Shown: positions 21,301 to 27,646 of the stretch, piece by piece
Layout: every line of letters starts with the position of its first letter
Position numbering within the stretch: position 1 is the stretch's first letter
Assembly: GCA_048938105.1 (NCBI GenBank)
Contig: JBHLMN010000019.1
Span: 70,021-134,020 of the forward strand
DNA length: 64,000 nt
Source of the DNA: Promethearchaeota archaeon
Lineage (GTDB): Archaea; Asgardarchaeota; Heimdallarchaeia; Hodarchaeales; Hodarchaeaceae
Direction of reading: 5' to 3'
Made by a program: the position numbers and the translations under genes
Notes under the pieces: model-generated
Seen by the model: the letters and a program-made list of their open reading frames with translations, nothing else
What the model was told of the DNA's origin: nothing
The model's database searches: none

Positions 21301-22690
21301 TCTCAACGGTTAACCATAGATTGTAGACTGATGTGTTGAATATAGCGATTTCTATGTCATCAAGAGGTATTTGAATATCGACAGCAACACTAAGATTTTT
21401 ACTTGCTGCTTCATCATCCAAGGTAGTAATTTCAAGGGTAACCGAGTCACCTTGATCAATAGGAACGGTTGAATATTCTTCGACTAATGATCCATTCAGG
21501 GATACTTCTGTTATCGTTGGTGCTGTTGCTGTGATCTTAGCTGGAATTTTTCCGATAGTTAATGGTTCTTTTTGATGAATATTCTCCCCTACCAAAGATG
21601 GTACTTTGGTGTAGGAAATTATCTCCTTTCCTTTTGTTTCTACATGGAAAGGATTCATAATTACCTGATAAAATGATTTTATTATATGTTCGAGAATGGT
21701 TTCTTCCGCTGGGATTTCCTCTGGGGGTAATTTCTTCAATACTTCTAATGCCCAATAGGTTGCCTCTATTGAGCCTTCGTCTCTTCTATACGTATTTATT
21801 TTATCACTAAATCCCCCTATTTCGTCTTGTTTATCAAGTACTATTGATCTCAAATTAGAATTCATGATATCGAGAATTTTAGGGTTTTCTTCTTCTAGAA
21901 TTACTAATCGATGGTAAATTTCCTTGTTTGAGAGTTTCAATACCTTTTTGGAGGTTGATAACTCTTTTTTTATGCTATTGATTAATGAATCTGTTATAAA
22001 TTCTCTCTCTCCTTCTTCTTCTTCAAGCATCTTCAAACTTTCTAAAGCGTAATAAATATCTGAAACAGTTAGATTTTCCTTTTTATTCTCTATCCATTCA
22101 TTTACATAGAAATTCAAAAGAATGGGTGAAATTAGACTTTTCAGTTCTTTAATTTGGGAATAGAGTTGTGTAATTAAATATAATTCTTTAAAATCATAGG
22201 TATATGATCCAAATTTCATGTAGGTATCCTTTGCAAATTCAGCTATCTTCAATCTAATATCCTGATCTTGCCCATTAGTGGTCTTTTGCTCCAAACGAAA
22301 TAATGATTCTAGTTGATACCCCCAATACATTGATTCCAATGTTTGGTGTCCATCATAAAACGTATAGAGATCATAACCGTTGGAGCTAGTCACTTCTTGC
22401 AGAAAATTACTTATGATTAGTTGTAGTTCATATTGAGAGATTTCTCCAAGTTTCCCTACGTTGTAACCCATATATGTACTCCTTGCATCAGCTAAGTAGT
22501 TATGTGGAGGGTTGGCAATTCCTCCTGTTGAAGCTATTGATCGATAGAACACATTCTGAAGTCCTTGAAGGTTTATTTCAGATAAAGGATCAGCTTTCCT
22601 TGGAATAGAAATATTATTCAAGGTGATAACGACCGATAGTACGAACAGTGATAGGAAAAAACTATTTTTCATTAATGATCTTCTTTTCAT
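9350..22690 (-). CDS. Giant (4446 aa) secreted, C-terminally membrane-anchored repetitive surface protein
   Basis: N-terminal signal peptide (MKRR..FFLSLFVLSVVITL); alpha-helical region resembling prenyltransferase repeats; 8 homologous alpha/beta domains; 4 CUB-like domains; many Ig-like D-x-T-P-P-linked domains; TM helix LIGAAIIIGILGALAGAGIYF and a short tail. Many N-x-S/T sequons. Confidence 0.85.
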   Translation of the reverse strand: MKRRSLMKNSFFLSLFVLSVVITLNNISIPRKADPLSEINLQGLQNVFYRSIASTGGIANPPHNYLADARSTYMGYNVGKLGEISQYELQLIISNFLQEVTSSNGYDLYTFYDGHQTLESMYWGYQLESLFRLEQKTTNGQDQDIRLKIAEFAKDTYMKFGSYTYDFKELYLITQLYSQIKELKSLISPILLNFYVNEWIENKKENLTVSDIYYALESLKMLEEEEGEREFITDSLINSIKKELSTSKKVLKLSNKEIYHRLVILEEENPKILDIMNSNLRSIVLDKQDEIGGFSDKINTYRRDEGSIEATYWALEVLKKLPPEEIPAEETILEHIIKSFYQVIMNPFHVETKGKEIISYTKVPSLVGENIHQKEPLTIGKIPAKITATAPTITEVSLNGSLVEEYSTVPIDQGDSVTLEITTLDDEAASKNLSVAVDIQIPLDDIEIAIFNTSVYNLWLTVETQTNIAATIINNVQAKNITCYNYYEQTQLKEWMESKLENGFPDVLILMDYIPYDIWELKEEDSLIELWLENGNGLLFTGYYPFSYYITSFGSISGFYNDQLQYILDSNGVRRDRLGDYGYEQYLTPEGQQYLPSMGSIAGQYLYYSYGCSHHKGIDIFSDPWNWEAKFSKYPYSSYSYYDNYVLEHVSKGSYAQFYISSDNNLPRGDVISEYLNNWYTTHILSQLKAQTPQFLGDLAIFNTSSATGWVTLNEEIEITSYIMAQYPGNSFSFNYSQQTEFQSWIQERIDDERNDLLLIFDYTPQFLYSGQGDGSLAEQWLSTGNSIIWTGYQPFYYYLTTTGSTAGGYYSGLQYVLNASSSQRVGCDQSLTPLGAQFLPSMGTSIGEKTHYSNGGAGYIQYYGTNWDFPLEFTSSSDLVSSYVVYSDSFALQHINGGIYAQFYVSSDSNLPRAVVLNEFIQNWPYIENHYQKGVQIASSHSPPTYEHHIINITHAREMRIHFDNITLSNGDNISISDEFGSVLYELSDSRTDFWTPWFSTSYINISLMSDVSWGYSIDCVEVNRNGVILYNSSNGQHWFDFNFFDHSLIGNLTALITITDDEGLKDTFKFDFNINSQEPTIISGYLNTTSIFKYNESVLIGAVASDIQDGINIDVWAILEEPITYRTIELPLTWIGGTQFENTIEFNKTDQIGNWTVTFHAKDTDWLTSTDLQSTVLTVKGHQPKFTSVYLNGTLVEGQVFDLTQGGNFNITGIISDYQENMEDIELNIIFQTIPDIAIFNSSAASGWITLNDRKNITEYLLTNVAYKSALVVDYYQQNILVDWINANLYDEEDDILVLLDQVPALLYNTEKDDSLAEKWLENGNTIIYTGMPAFSQIIFDSGKIRSGGLNGFGDVFDSTDSNLGRFSGTEISTDFGATLFNTNVQYHGEGEICRSYLIGDWSLELPLTSQENNLYYTDSFILTHVNGGHYVQLFITDDIIPRKEAIENYINDYHIINAIEDSLVIPSRLPEIAIFNASRSSYISEANRMKIVSYVMENLTAQSISCFNYSRQTELLSWMKSRLYDNHLDILIIIDVFPELIWKGEEDGSIAEEWLENGNMIIFMGYFGFYYYISDSGSISSYYNGFYDVIDATNTGAGRYGYNYIQQTAYGMKYLPSLPFSYQANGMLSPYHLTEDWWLSEVFSQEEQLWTYKYYDSFCIKHKNGGAYVQLLTSSSFIFNNLNCGTLIEEFIENWLYRSYLHTMANYTGFETDHTGTYTEPIQKILNYTNTNTLKTRLFFSNLTLNVGDFLIISGVNGNLLANYSDSQSNFWTPWYNQAYLNITLTNNSGSWGYIIDQVETIIIPQLRYSSSNGNFEINLTLTKNQLLGNRSIVLITQNYDHLEGSFGISYSGISLAPKINNYNINSTQLFRINQTLELWIDGSSWVASVENAEMVAILIAPDHSQIEMILSHESGTNYRGTIIFNETEPIGTWRVIFTGYKNHHWTPWSECGYTTLNLLGQSPELTEIKQNNTIIDTGATITIDQDEELELQFNVADDDSDISDMSLTLEIDKYEPIQVLIFNSSNPNGWISLEERAEICSYLTENLENVIITILDYDQQDVFVSWMTERLNDGENDLVIFMDQVPSNVWAYQSDGSLAEQWLEAGNSILWTGYQPFYYYTSSGGSTYSNGRGLYYVIDGTTSSLGGNSYWTIPLEYVSTTLPSLRSYYGRGNSYIDHSSWLGSQWSTHAQFNMYTSDHRYSDSHVLQHENGGYYIQLLISYDDCLDRHKVLGEFIENWFVQEVANPIMKTIHLPDVAVFNCTTAYTYLDQNERDEITSYLAENLTVNSIEFFGHQQQDSLENWIINRMNDDKSDIIILLDVTPTILYHSEYPEYRSLAEQWMDEGNMIIWVGYRPFSRSVTPLGYISDYSPSLHYILDGTSDNMGRQTTSQYLTSQGAEYIPSLGTSVDSYLFSSGGCVYRTYLRNDWKWDAIFSQSSDGNYYDNFVLKGSRGGYYAQFLTTSTDDLKFPQIIEEFIENYFYSKLAHVINNRTIVATPHNYTSTFTSIFNMSDVVAMRFHFNNITLAQGDNVSFFDSFGHLLGNISYDVTDFWTPWFYTNYVNLTLLLKTTGNAWGFEIDRWQMRYLPIIRYNSTNGCYYFNIFVDDSYWIGNKNATLTITDSEGVQSVYFLQLETLQQGPYFHNTGVNTLEVFKRNETLTIYANITDNKDISNDITAMAYLTDPYGNITTVPLLWVSGTLYEGYYVFPDWAHLGTWTITFNATDSEKYWTPAIPEQLFIHYIQVNGFPAEINDILINTDPIITEDQTIILQDQLTLIQVNATTDYYTENSTVDLRLLKQCSIPDVAIFASSIAGPNYISVTERNAITAYLIEYLDAVSVTVFDYTSMSQSALIAWMTERMSNNHTNILIILDVAPEQIFWDESYAEQWLEAGNALIYTGGSSWNSYITTGAGWGDNQRQLSNLLDLPSDIDSDYYRAMTPTTAAYTWLPSMSTTWSSALSKDLSYITNEWQIEEIFARSDNYSDSFVIKHSSGGYYAQFYCKPDDSLPRDAVIEEFLNFLPLGTNFKVIEEVYYGTFAPEVAIFTPSVSGPNWLTVSKRQTIANYLKDNINSLEVSLFDYNEQDQLISWMVERIDNGYLDILVILEIAPEQIYWDESYAEQWLEAGNALIYTGSYAWSSYVKDDGSTYYWDHRLDELLDLQAMDWTWSYDMSLKPPAYEYLPSMTSSWYSSCAKDLMYVKDQWSVGEMFASYVGTSEYTDAFAIRHTSGGYFAQFYCQSDDNLPRETVIEEFIENWLIPRAYQNFSLGYTLTNTTGWTSPSLSTENTTVILSQENAHRFRLYFSELDLLIGHNLTILDQKGNILLEYNYLNSSSNFWSPWIYAMGWLNVTIVRNSPSKGFNITKYQADIIPTTNWNTISELFETQVLFAHDYWNGTYLFEVIFQDIYGRSDNEFFNATFNGLLNHIQIDIPSICIRAAPQYFNLTVMNFTLLNPEELIVEFSIQRPNGSWNYQLAEVVPGTDLFVATYLFEVLQDPMGFYDVYVNVTSTDGQITTYFKVGTFEMINAAPFIHELLYSSFYIDTYESQTFTLNTSDAEDLVKTNLIISAHLILPSGVQEIIVFTYYPSTDLFNSSYTFITDGPYGQVFIYINVTDTDGATSYYQDWFVYGSIPPNITLVKIIDDNNDVVDESLGSYPFTVLVEVYDPDNTTHIGYVLAITEDETVLNVSITLDTINGDYTYYLADFSSLPDSVIDNELIRMAAYISDYYTLSNTNGSFVIYIPSIIYPINHSAINQRPFQLTWNGNEPLTTLSYFEVWVDGIWDHTLSITGDIVDQTSLTLNQGMYNISLIAFDQFGNNLSSMINVTIDLTPPSLTILDPVPMFNTTESTVLVNWTASDDYTGLTNFTLSYDAIFLSFDPSTIQYELSLVEGRYDLYLIAWDKAGNNNTAIITLTRDTTQPSISITHPSNNTYQNTSSLLIQWIGLDYQTGIHHYEVYVDASFIDTFKATNTSHQHDFLDGLHNTTIIAFDYMGWSSTTFHSFWIDTQPPDLSVSPSVKNYFTSDTTLSILWAASDAVGSITVYLYIDGNQSILTISPSDVTLSEGNHTIRIVARDQAQNENSTTFWVYVDTTFPVINAYRIVTNSSTYNYFWDAFDLQSGLNQTEIYVNGTLYHTLYGSGTSITFTDFNEGYYVIRINVFNNAGLNVSVTANYYVDFTPPVVRVSGVSDNDFLVGQISISCNVDDLTQTNISISINGETFYPDSWDGTHAEFSIDTTDIDDDHYTLRVNVIDEVGHHTLKDFDVAIDNDKANIRSFEHDPSTPTHTDNVTVSVTIYDAVGIDESSVILYWKLDSEDEWHNITMTLVTSSDTEWEFEAVIPPQAQGEEILYYITVTDLQERVTESDEESYVVEETPPDVLGPLIGAAIIIGILGALAGAGIYFGPRYIKPLIQKQLEKAQEAKTEEVKTRIDDLFDFEVEE
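12350..21520 (-). repeat. Four intragenic super-repeats of ~2.36 kb (~787 aa)
   Basis: The first 'AIFN'-type domain of each unit starts near 21355, 18985, 16630 and 14269 (spacing ~2355-2370 bp). Second copies start near 20605, 18277, 15919 and 13561. Boundaries are approximate. Confidence 0.85.
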
Positions 22691-23054
22691 AATTTAACAC
22701 CAAAATTCTTTCAATAATTTTCAATCTGTATAATTTATGTGGTGGATAACACAATATTAGATGAGATCTCTACGTTTATTAAGATGAGAATCATTTTATC
22801 TTCCCTAAGTAAATGATTCAAGTTTTATTTTCCATCTACTAATTACTCCCACTAGAGGAACAGTTTTTTTCGGCATTTAGGAGGAAATTATGGTTCGAAT
22901 AATATAACTAAATACTATAAAAGACTTTAAAAGCTTTTTTCAATGGTATTAAAAGAATGAACACATTACTTTTGATTAAACAATCATATTATATTATTTA
23001 ATAGACTCAATAACAGTATGAAACTCTTTCTAGATAGTATTTTTATTAGAGAGA

Positions 23055-25955
23055 TTAGGTTAACTGAATTCGTGACTGACATGTAACGCAAGTATCGTGA
23101 GTGTCCAACCATTCCCGAAGATGATGATCGTGATAAGCTTGGTTACAGATCGGACATCTCAAAATGACTTTACTTTCAACAGATTCTTGGCATAGAATGC
23201 AAACATTATGTTTCACTGTCAGCGTGAATTCCTGATTAATATCTTCAGGAGCTAACGCTTGGTATGAAATATCTACCTCAATACTTGGCTCTGGTGTTAG
23301 TCCCTCCTCCTCTTCCATATCGATTCTCGGAGAATCAAGGCGCACAAGAGAATGATTTTGTTCAATAAAGGTGTACAGATCCTGGAATAACGAAATAGAT
23401 TGCTTTGTTGGATTATTTCCTATAATAATTAATTTCTTTTTTGCCCTAGTTAAAGCAACATTGAGTCGTCTTTCATCCTCTAAGATATGAGGTCGTGAAA
23501 GGGTACAAAGTGATAGGATGATTAGTTCTTTATCTGATCCCTGAAACCTATCAATAGTATCAACAATAATTCCTGAATCTATACCAATTTTGCGTATAAT
23601 CTCAGCCACTTGTCCTCTAAAGGGAGCAATAATCCCAATATGATCTGTATGGATTCCCATTTTCAGGTAATATTTCACTATAGAATCTATAATTTCGACT
23701 TCTCTCTGATTTACTCTTCGTTTTCGATCAAAATCTGAGGGTGCCTCTACATAAACTAGGGGTTGATTAGGATCCAAAATCACATGAAAAAGTGGATCAG
23801 AAACAGGAATTTGTGCATTATCAGGTAAAAGATTCCAAAGTAACTGAGTGGATATGCTTGTCGATGCTGCTCGAACACGATTGCCATAGAAGGAGCGATT
23901 ACTGAAATCCATCAGATCTGTGTGCATACGATATTGAGACTGTAACATTGTACTTGCTTCTGGATGTAGCTTTCTCAAACGTTCAAACAAACTTATCCCA
24001 AAACCAAGCTTTTCGGCTTGAGTACTTTGAACTAAGGGGGGCAGTTGCTTATCATCGCCCACTAAAACAAACCGATGGCCTTTAGTAACTGCTGAAAGAA
24101 CAAAAGGTTCAGCCATTTGTGATGCTTCATCTATAATCACTGTATCAAAATAGAGGTCATCATAAATGCTGCGACTGATTGTGCTTGTGGTAGCAGCAAT
24201 TATAGGGTTTTTCAAAAGTTCAGGATAAGTTAATTCTTTTTGCTGCAAAGATAAGCTGACTACTTCTGGATCAATTACTTGTTCGACCCCTAGCCTTACA
24301 ATTTCTTTTAGAGCATCTTCGTTTTTTATGGTTTTAAGATATTCTCGGATGATATTGTCAACTGCTGCATTGGTGTAAGCTGAGAGAAGTATTCGTTGAT
24401 TCTCTTTTCGAAGGATTTGAATTAATTTGGCGATTGTAAAGGTTTTCCCTGCCCCTGCAGGGCCTTGAATTAAGCAATAGTCTTTTGCACTTAATGCTAA
24501 TTGAATTGCTTTACGTTGACTTTGGTCAAGATCCTCCAATTCAATATGCTTTACTAAAGTAAAAGTTGGTTTTTTTCCGAGAACGACTAGTTTGTGCGCT
24601 TTATGTTGAGTTTTTTGACCAAAAGTTATATCATAAAGGTTTTTGTTTAGTCTTCGGAACATAAAATCAGAGGAATATGCATCAAGATAAGCTTGATTAG
24701 GTAAATCATTATGACTACTCAAGAGAACCTTGTTTCTTTCAATTGATACGATTGTTGCCATTGTTAAAATGTCAAAAATAGGATTTCCTTGACTTAATAT
24801 AATTGGCTCACCAGGTCGTAATTCCGATAGATTATGACAAGCATATAGAAATAGTTCTTCATCGGTTTTAATTAATTTAATTTCGCTAATGGCTTTTCCT
24901 GTTTTCACTCGTCCTTGGGGAGAGAGTTTCCATAGGGATGAAAAATCGTGCCGATTTTTCAGATATTCTAAGCGAATTAAGGACAAAAAATGGCTGAAAT
25001 ATTGGTAGGAGGTTGAAGAAGAGGATTTTTGTTGATTAAAGATACTGGAAAGGGAAATACACTGGTCACGGCTGAAACAGTAAGTACAAAGTTTTATTTT
25101 TTTCTCTAGTGGAATAAAACCTTCGAATTGAATCAAGTAACAGTAGTTTCGTGCCATGTGGATCTTTTGTAACAAATCGAGATTAATAGATGTTTGACGA
25201 AATACAGGGGTTCCTTCTCCAGAGTATATTATGGAAGATTTCGGAACTGCTTTAGGTGTGGAACTTAACCCATGCATGTAGATAACGGTTTGTATAAGAT
25301 CTGAAAACCAAGTGTTGGTTTCGGGAATTTTACGACCCGTTTTCAACTCATACAATTCTTTAATTGACCAATAGTCTAATCGTCCCGTCACACCAAATAC
25401 GGGAGATAGAAACGTCATTTCGGGGACAACATGATTTGCCTGTAAAGTAGGTGCAGATTGTGCTAATCCTTGTAGAACAGGGGTGATATCTGCAGCGAGT
25501 TCTTTGAGATCAGCGGATACAAATGAAAGCTGAAACGCAAATTTTTCAAATCCTTTTTTAAGGGCTTCCGTGACTGACTTATTTTTTGAAACTATTGCAG
25601 AGAAGGCATCGTGTATAATGGATCCACGAATCATGGGAAGTGAAGCTTTTGCTTCCCCTGTGATAAATTCAAGGAATGCTCTACGAGGACACGAGCTAGC
25701 ACTTGCGATTGTTCGTGCATTAATCAGAATGTCTGGATTTAGAAGGATTAAGGTATCTGGTGTTGTTTCATAATCATTCTCCTCAACAAAAAACGGGTTA
25801 ATCAATCGAATAGGCGTCAGATAGGATACTTTAGAGAATGGAAAATAATTCCAAGGTTTGTGGAGTCTCAATTGAATTTTTTCTTGTCGTAAAGGGTCAT
25901 ATATAATTAATTGGCCATTCTCACAGTCTAAGAGGAGTCCATTCGTCACTTTCAT
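23055..25955 (-). CDS. Dna2-like Fe-S nuclease / SF1 helicase with C-terminal RING-like finger
   Basis: CPRR...GSIIH, E...GRLD...ELKTG (Cas4/RecB-type nuclease), CTYC..C Fe-S ligands, QGPAGAGKT, IDEASQ, VGDDKQLPP, QYRM, DRFQGSDK, RLNVALTRAK; C-terminal CxxC...CxxC..HxxH..W...CxxC. Confidence 0.88.
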   Translation of the reverse strand: MKVTNGLLLDCENGQLIIYDPLRQEKIQLRLHKPWNYFPFSKVSYLTPIRLINPFFVEENDYETTPDTLILLNPDILINARTIASASSCPRRAFLEFITGEAKASLPMIRGSIIHDAFSAIVSKNKSVTEALKKGFEKFAFQLSFVSADLKELAADITPVLQGLAQSAPTLQANHVVPEMTFLSPVFGVTGRLDYWSIKELYELKTGRKIPETNTWFSDLIQTVIYMHGLSSTPKAVPKSSIIYSGEGTPVFRQTSINLDLLQKIHMARNYCYLIQFEGFIPLEKKIKLCTYCFSRDQCISLSSIFNQQKSSSSTSYQYFSHFLSLIRLEYLKNRHDFSSLWKLSPQGRVKTGKAISEIKLIKTDEELFLYACHNLSELRPGEPIILSQGNPIFDILTMATIVSIERNKVLLSSHNDLPNQAYLDAYSSDFMFRRLNKNLYDITFGQKTQHKAHKLVVLGKKPTFTLVKHIELEDLDQSQRKAIQLALSAKDYCLIQGPAGAGKTFTIAKLIQILRKENQRILLSAYTNAAVDNIIREYLKTIKNEDALKEIVRLGVEQVIDPEVVSLSLQQKELTYPELLKNPIIAATTSTISRSIYDDLYFDTVIIDEASQMAEPFVLSAVTKGHRFVLVGDDKQLPPLVQSTQAEKLGFGISLFERLRKLHPEASTMLQSQYRMHTDLMDFSNRSFYGNRVRAASTSISTQLLWNLLPDNAQIPVSDPLFHVILDPNQPLVYVEAPSDFDRKRRVNQREVEIIDSIVKYYLKMGIHTDHIGIIAPFRGQVAEIIRKIGIDSGIIVDTIDRFQGSDKELIILSLCTLSRPHILEDERRLNVALTRAKKKLIIIGNNPTKQSISLFQDLYTFIEQNHSLVRLDSPRIDMEEEEGLTPEPSIEVDISYQALAPEDINQEFTLTVKHNVCILCQESVESKVILRCPICNQAYHDHHLREWLDTHDTCVTCQSRIQLT

Positions 25956-26212
25956 GTTTTTTTCCCGATTTGAATCCAGAAAATCGAAGGTTGCTTAGGA
26001 AGAGGTATAATGATACTTTGATAAAAAATACCGTTGTTAAAATAAGTAATCACAAAATGGATTGAAAGAAGTATAATAATTTCATGATTTTCTAAATTTT
26101 TCTACATTACATCGATTCTTAAATCAAGAAATAAAACCAACTTTTCGTTTAAACAACGAGAATTGATCTTCCTCCAGAAGTATTTTTCTATGAATAGTGT
26201 GGGGGATCATTT

Positions 26213-26398
26213 ATGCTAATATCAAAATTAAGACATCATTTGGAGCATTCTCAAAGTAAACTAAGGCTGTTTCAATGTTATGTGTGTAAGACGGAACTTT
26301 TTAGCAAAATAGGATTAACCAGCCATTTAAGATATTCCCATTCTATCGATAGAATTGATAGAATTTCTCGAGTATTTTATAGAATTGTACAATCCTAG
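26213..26398 (+). CDS. Small C2H2 zinc-finger protein
   Basis: F-Q-C-YV-C-x12-H-x4-H with the conserved F and L of the classical C2H2 pattern; G-rich SD-like stretch upstream. Confidence 0.65.
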   Translation: MLISKLRHHLEHSQSKLRLFQCYVCKTELFSKIGLTSHLRYSHSIDRIDRISRVFYRIVQS

Positions 26399-26475
26399 AA
26401 TAAAGTATTACAGAATTATGACATCTATTCTAATATTAACTTTCTTTAAGATTCAAAAAAAGCTCGGGACTTATT

Positions 26476-26943
26476 ATGAGAGGTTTGACTCATGTTTTTT
26501 TTGGTGTAGGATTTGTCAGTCTATTACTTGGTATCTTCAGGGTTCCAATCCTTTTGTGGGGAGTTGGTACGTTTTTAATTGCACCATTTTTTTCTCGTTT
26601 GCCCGATCAGGATCAAAAAATCGCACGAATCACATTCAATCAGGTTATACCTCACCGCGGCAAAGGAACGCATAATCTTTTATATGGGATACCTCTATTA
26701 AGTCTCATTCTGATTGTAGATTGGCCTATTGTAGGCTTTTTTCTAGTAATACTTATTGGGTCAATATTTGGGTCACTCTTTGCTCATGCATTCGTTGATG
26801 CATTCAATTATGGGGGAGTATGGATTGCTATTTTTCGAGTGAAAGGTTTTCTTGAATGGGACTCTTTCTGGGGAAATCTTGGTTTCAAAATAGTGGGGAT
26901 CGTATTACTTCTGTTTTCCTTACTCTGTTATATAGATGTATGA
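26476..26943 (+). CDS. YdjM-like membrane-bound metal-dependent hydrolase
   Basis: TH...LPDQD...HRGKGTH...AHAFVD motifs with hydrophobic helices. Confidence 0.85.
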   Translation: MRGLTHVFFGVGFVSLLLGIFRVPILLWGVGTFLIAPFFSRLPDQDQKIARITFNQVIPHRGKGTHNLLYGIPLLSLILIVDWPIVGFFLVILIGSIFGSLFAHAFVDAFNYGGVWIAIFRVKGFLEWDSFWGNLGFKIVGIVLLLFSLLCYIDV

Positions 26944-27026
26944 TAAGTTTGAGACAGAGAAATAATATTTGCAACAAATGTATCAATCAAGAAAATTGAG
27001 ATAAGGAAGATTTTTCGGGAAATTTT

Positions 27027-27566
27027 ATGAGAAAAGAACAGTTTAAAGGATTTGTAAAGCTTTCTTTAGCCCATCATCCACTCTGTTGGCAATTTAAAGC
27101 CCATACAATCCGTATTGGTGGAATTGTTCTTTGTTTAGGATGTACTGGATTTTATAGCGGTATATTAATAGGTACTTTCATTGTCATATTTGGAAGGCTT
27201 TTTCAATTCGAATGGTTGGTTTTAGTCAGTATCGCAACGATATTAGCTTTCCCCACAATTTTGCGGTTACTTAAAATCCCTTTTTTTGCTTCAACAAATA
27301 AAATTCTTAGGTTATTATATCGATGGTTACTCGGCATTGGTGTTTCTATTGGTCTGGTTTCTATATTTAAAGCACCACATTTAATAATTGGTTTAATTCA
27401 ATTCGTTTTGGGTTTTGGATTGTACCTAGGTATAGCATTGAATCGAATGAGATCGAAAGAAATGTGGACGGAATGTCAAGACTGTTCGTATAGTATATCA
27501 CTTGAATGTCCAGGATTTGCTCCCTTTTATCTAAGAAAGGAGCCCAAAGAGGAAATTAAACAATAA
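27027..27566 (+). CDS. Membrane protein, DUF2085-like
   Basis: HH...H...LCLGCTGFYSG followed by ~4 TM helices; C-terminal CxxC..C. Confidence 0.6.
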   Translation: MRKEQFKGFVKLSLAHHPLCWQFKAHTIRIGGIVLCLGCTGFYSGILIGTFIVIFGRLFQFEWLVLVSIATILAFPTILRLLKIPFFASTNKILRLLYRWLLGIGVSIGLVSIFKAPHLIIGLIQFVLGFGLYLGIALNRMRSKEMWTECQDCSYSISLECPGFAPFYLRKEPKEEIKQ

Positions 27567-27646
27567 TTGTAGATAAAGATACTTGATAATTCAGGGAAAA
27601 CCTCTTAATGAGAATAAGATAAATTAGTATATGAAGGGAAACAACA

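Noticed and set aside
11836-21755. Many short ORFs overlapping the giant gene, and similar ones overlapping the ABC, SDR and gyrase genes
   Set aside because: They are antisense or off-frame shadows of long, well-supported CDS and have no motifs.
25000-25700. Cas4-like nuclease motifs suggesting a CRISPR-Cas locus
   Set aside because: They are the nuclease domain of a Dna2-type fusion; no cas1/cas2 or repeat-spacer array was seen anywhere in the window.
26355-26675. 106-aa ORF bridging the C2H2 gene and the hydrolase gene
   Set aside because: It overlaps two better-supported CDS in other frames and shows no coherent motif.
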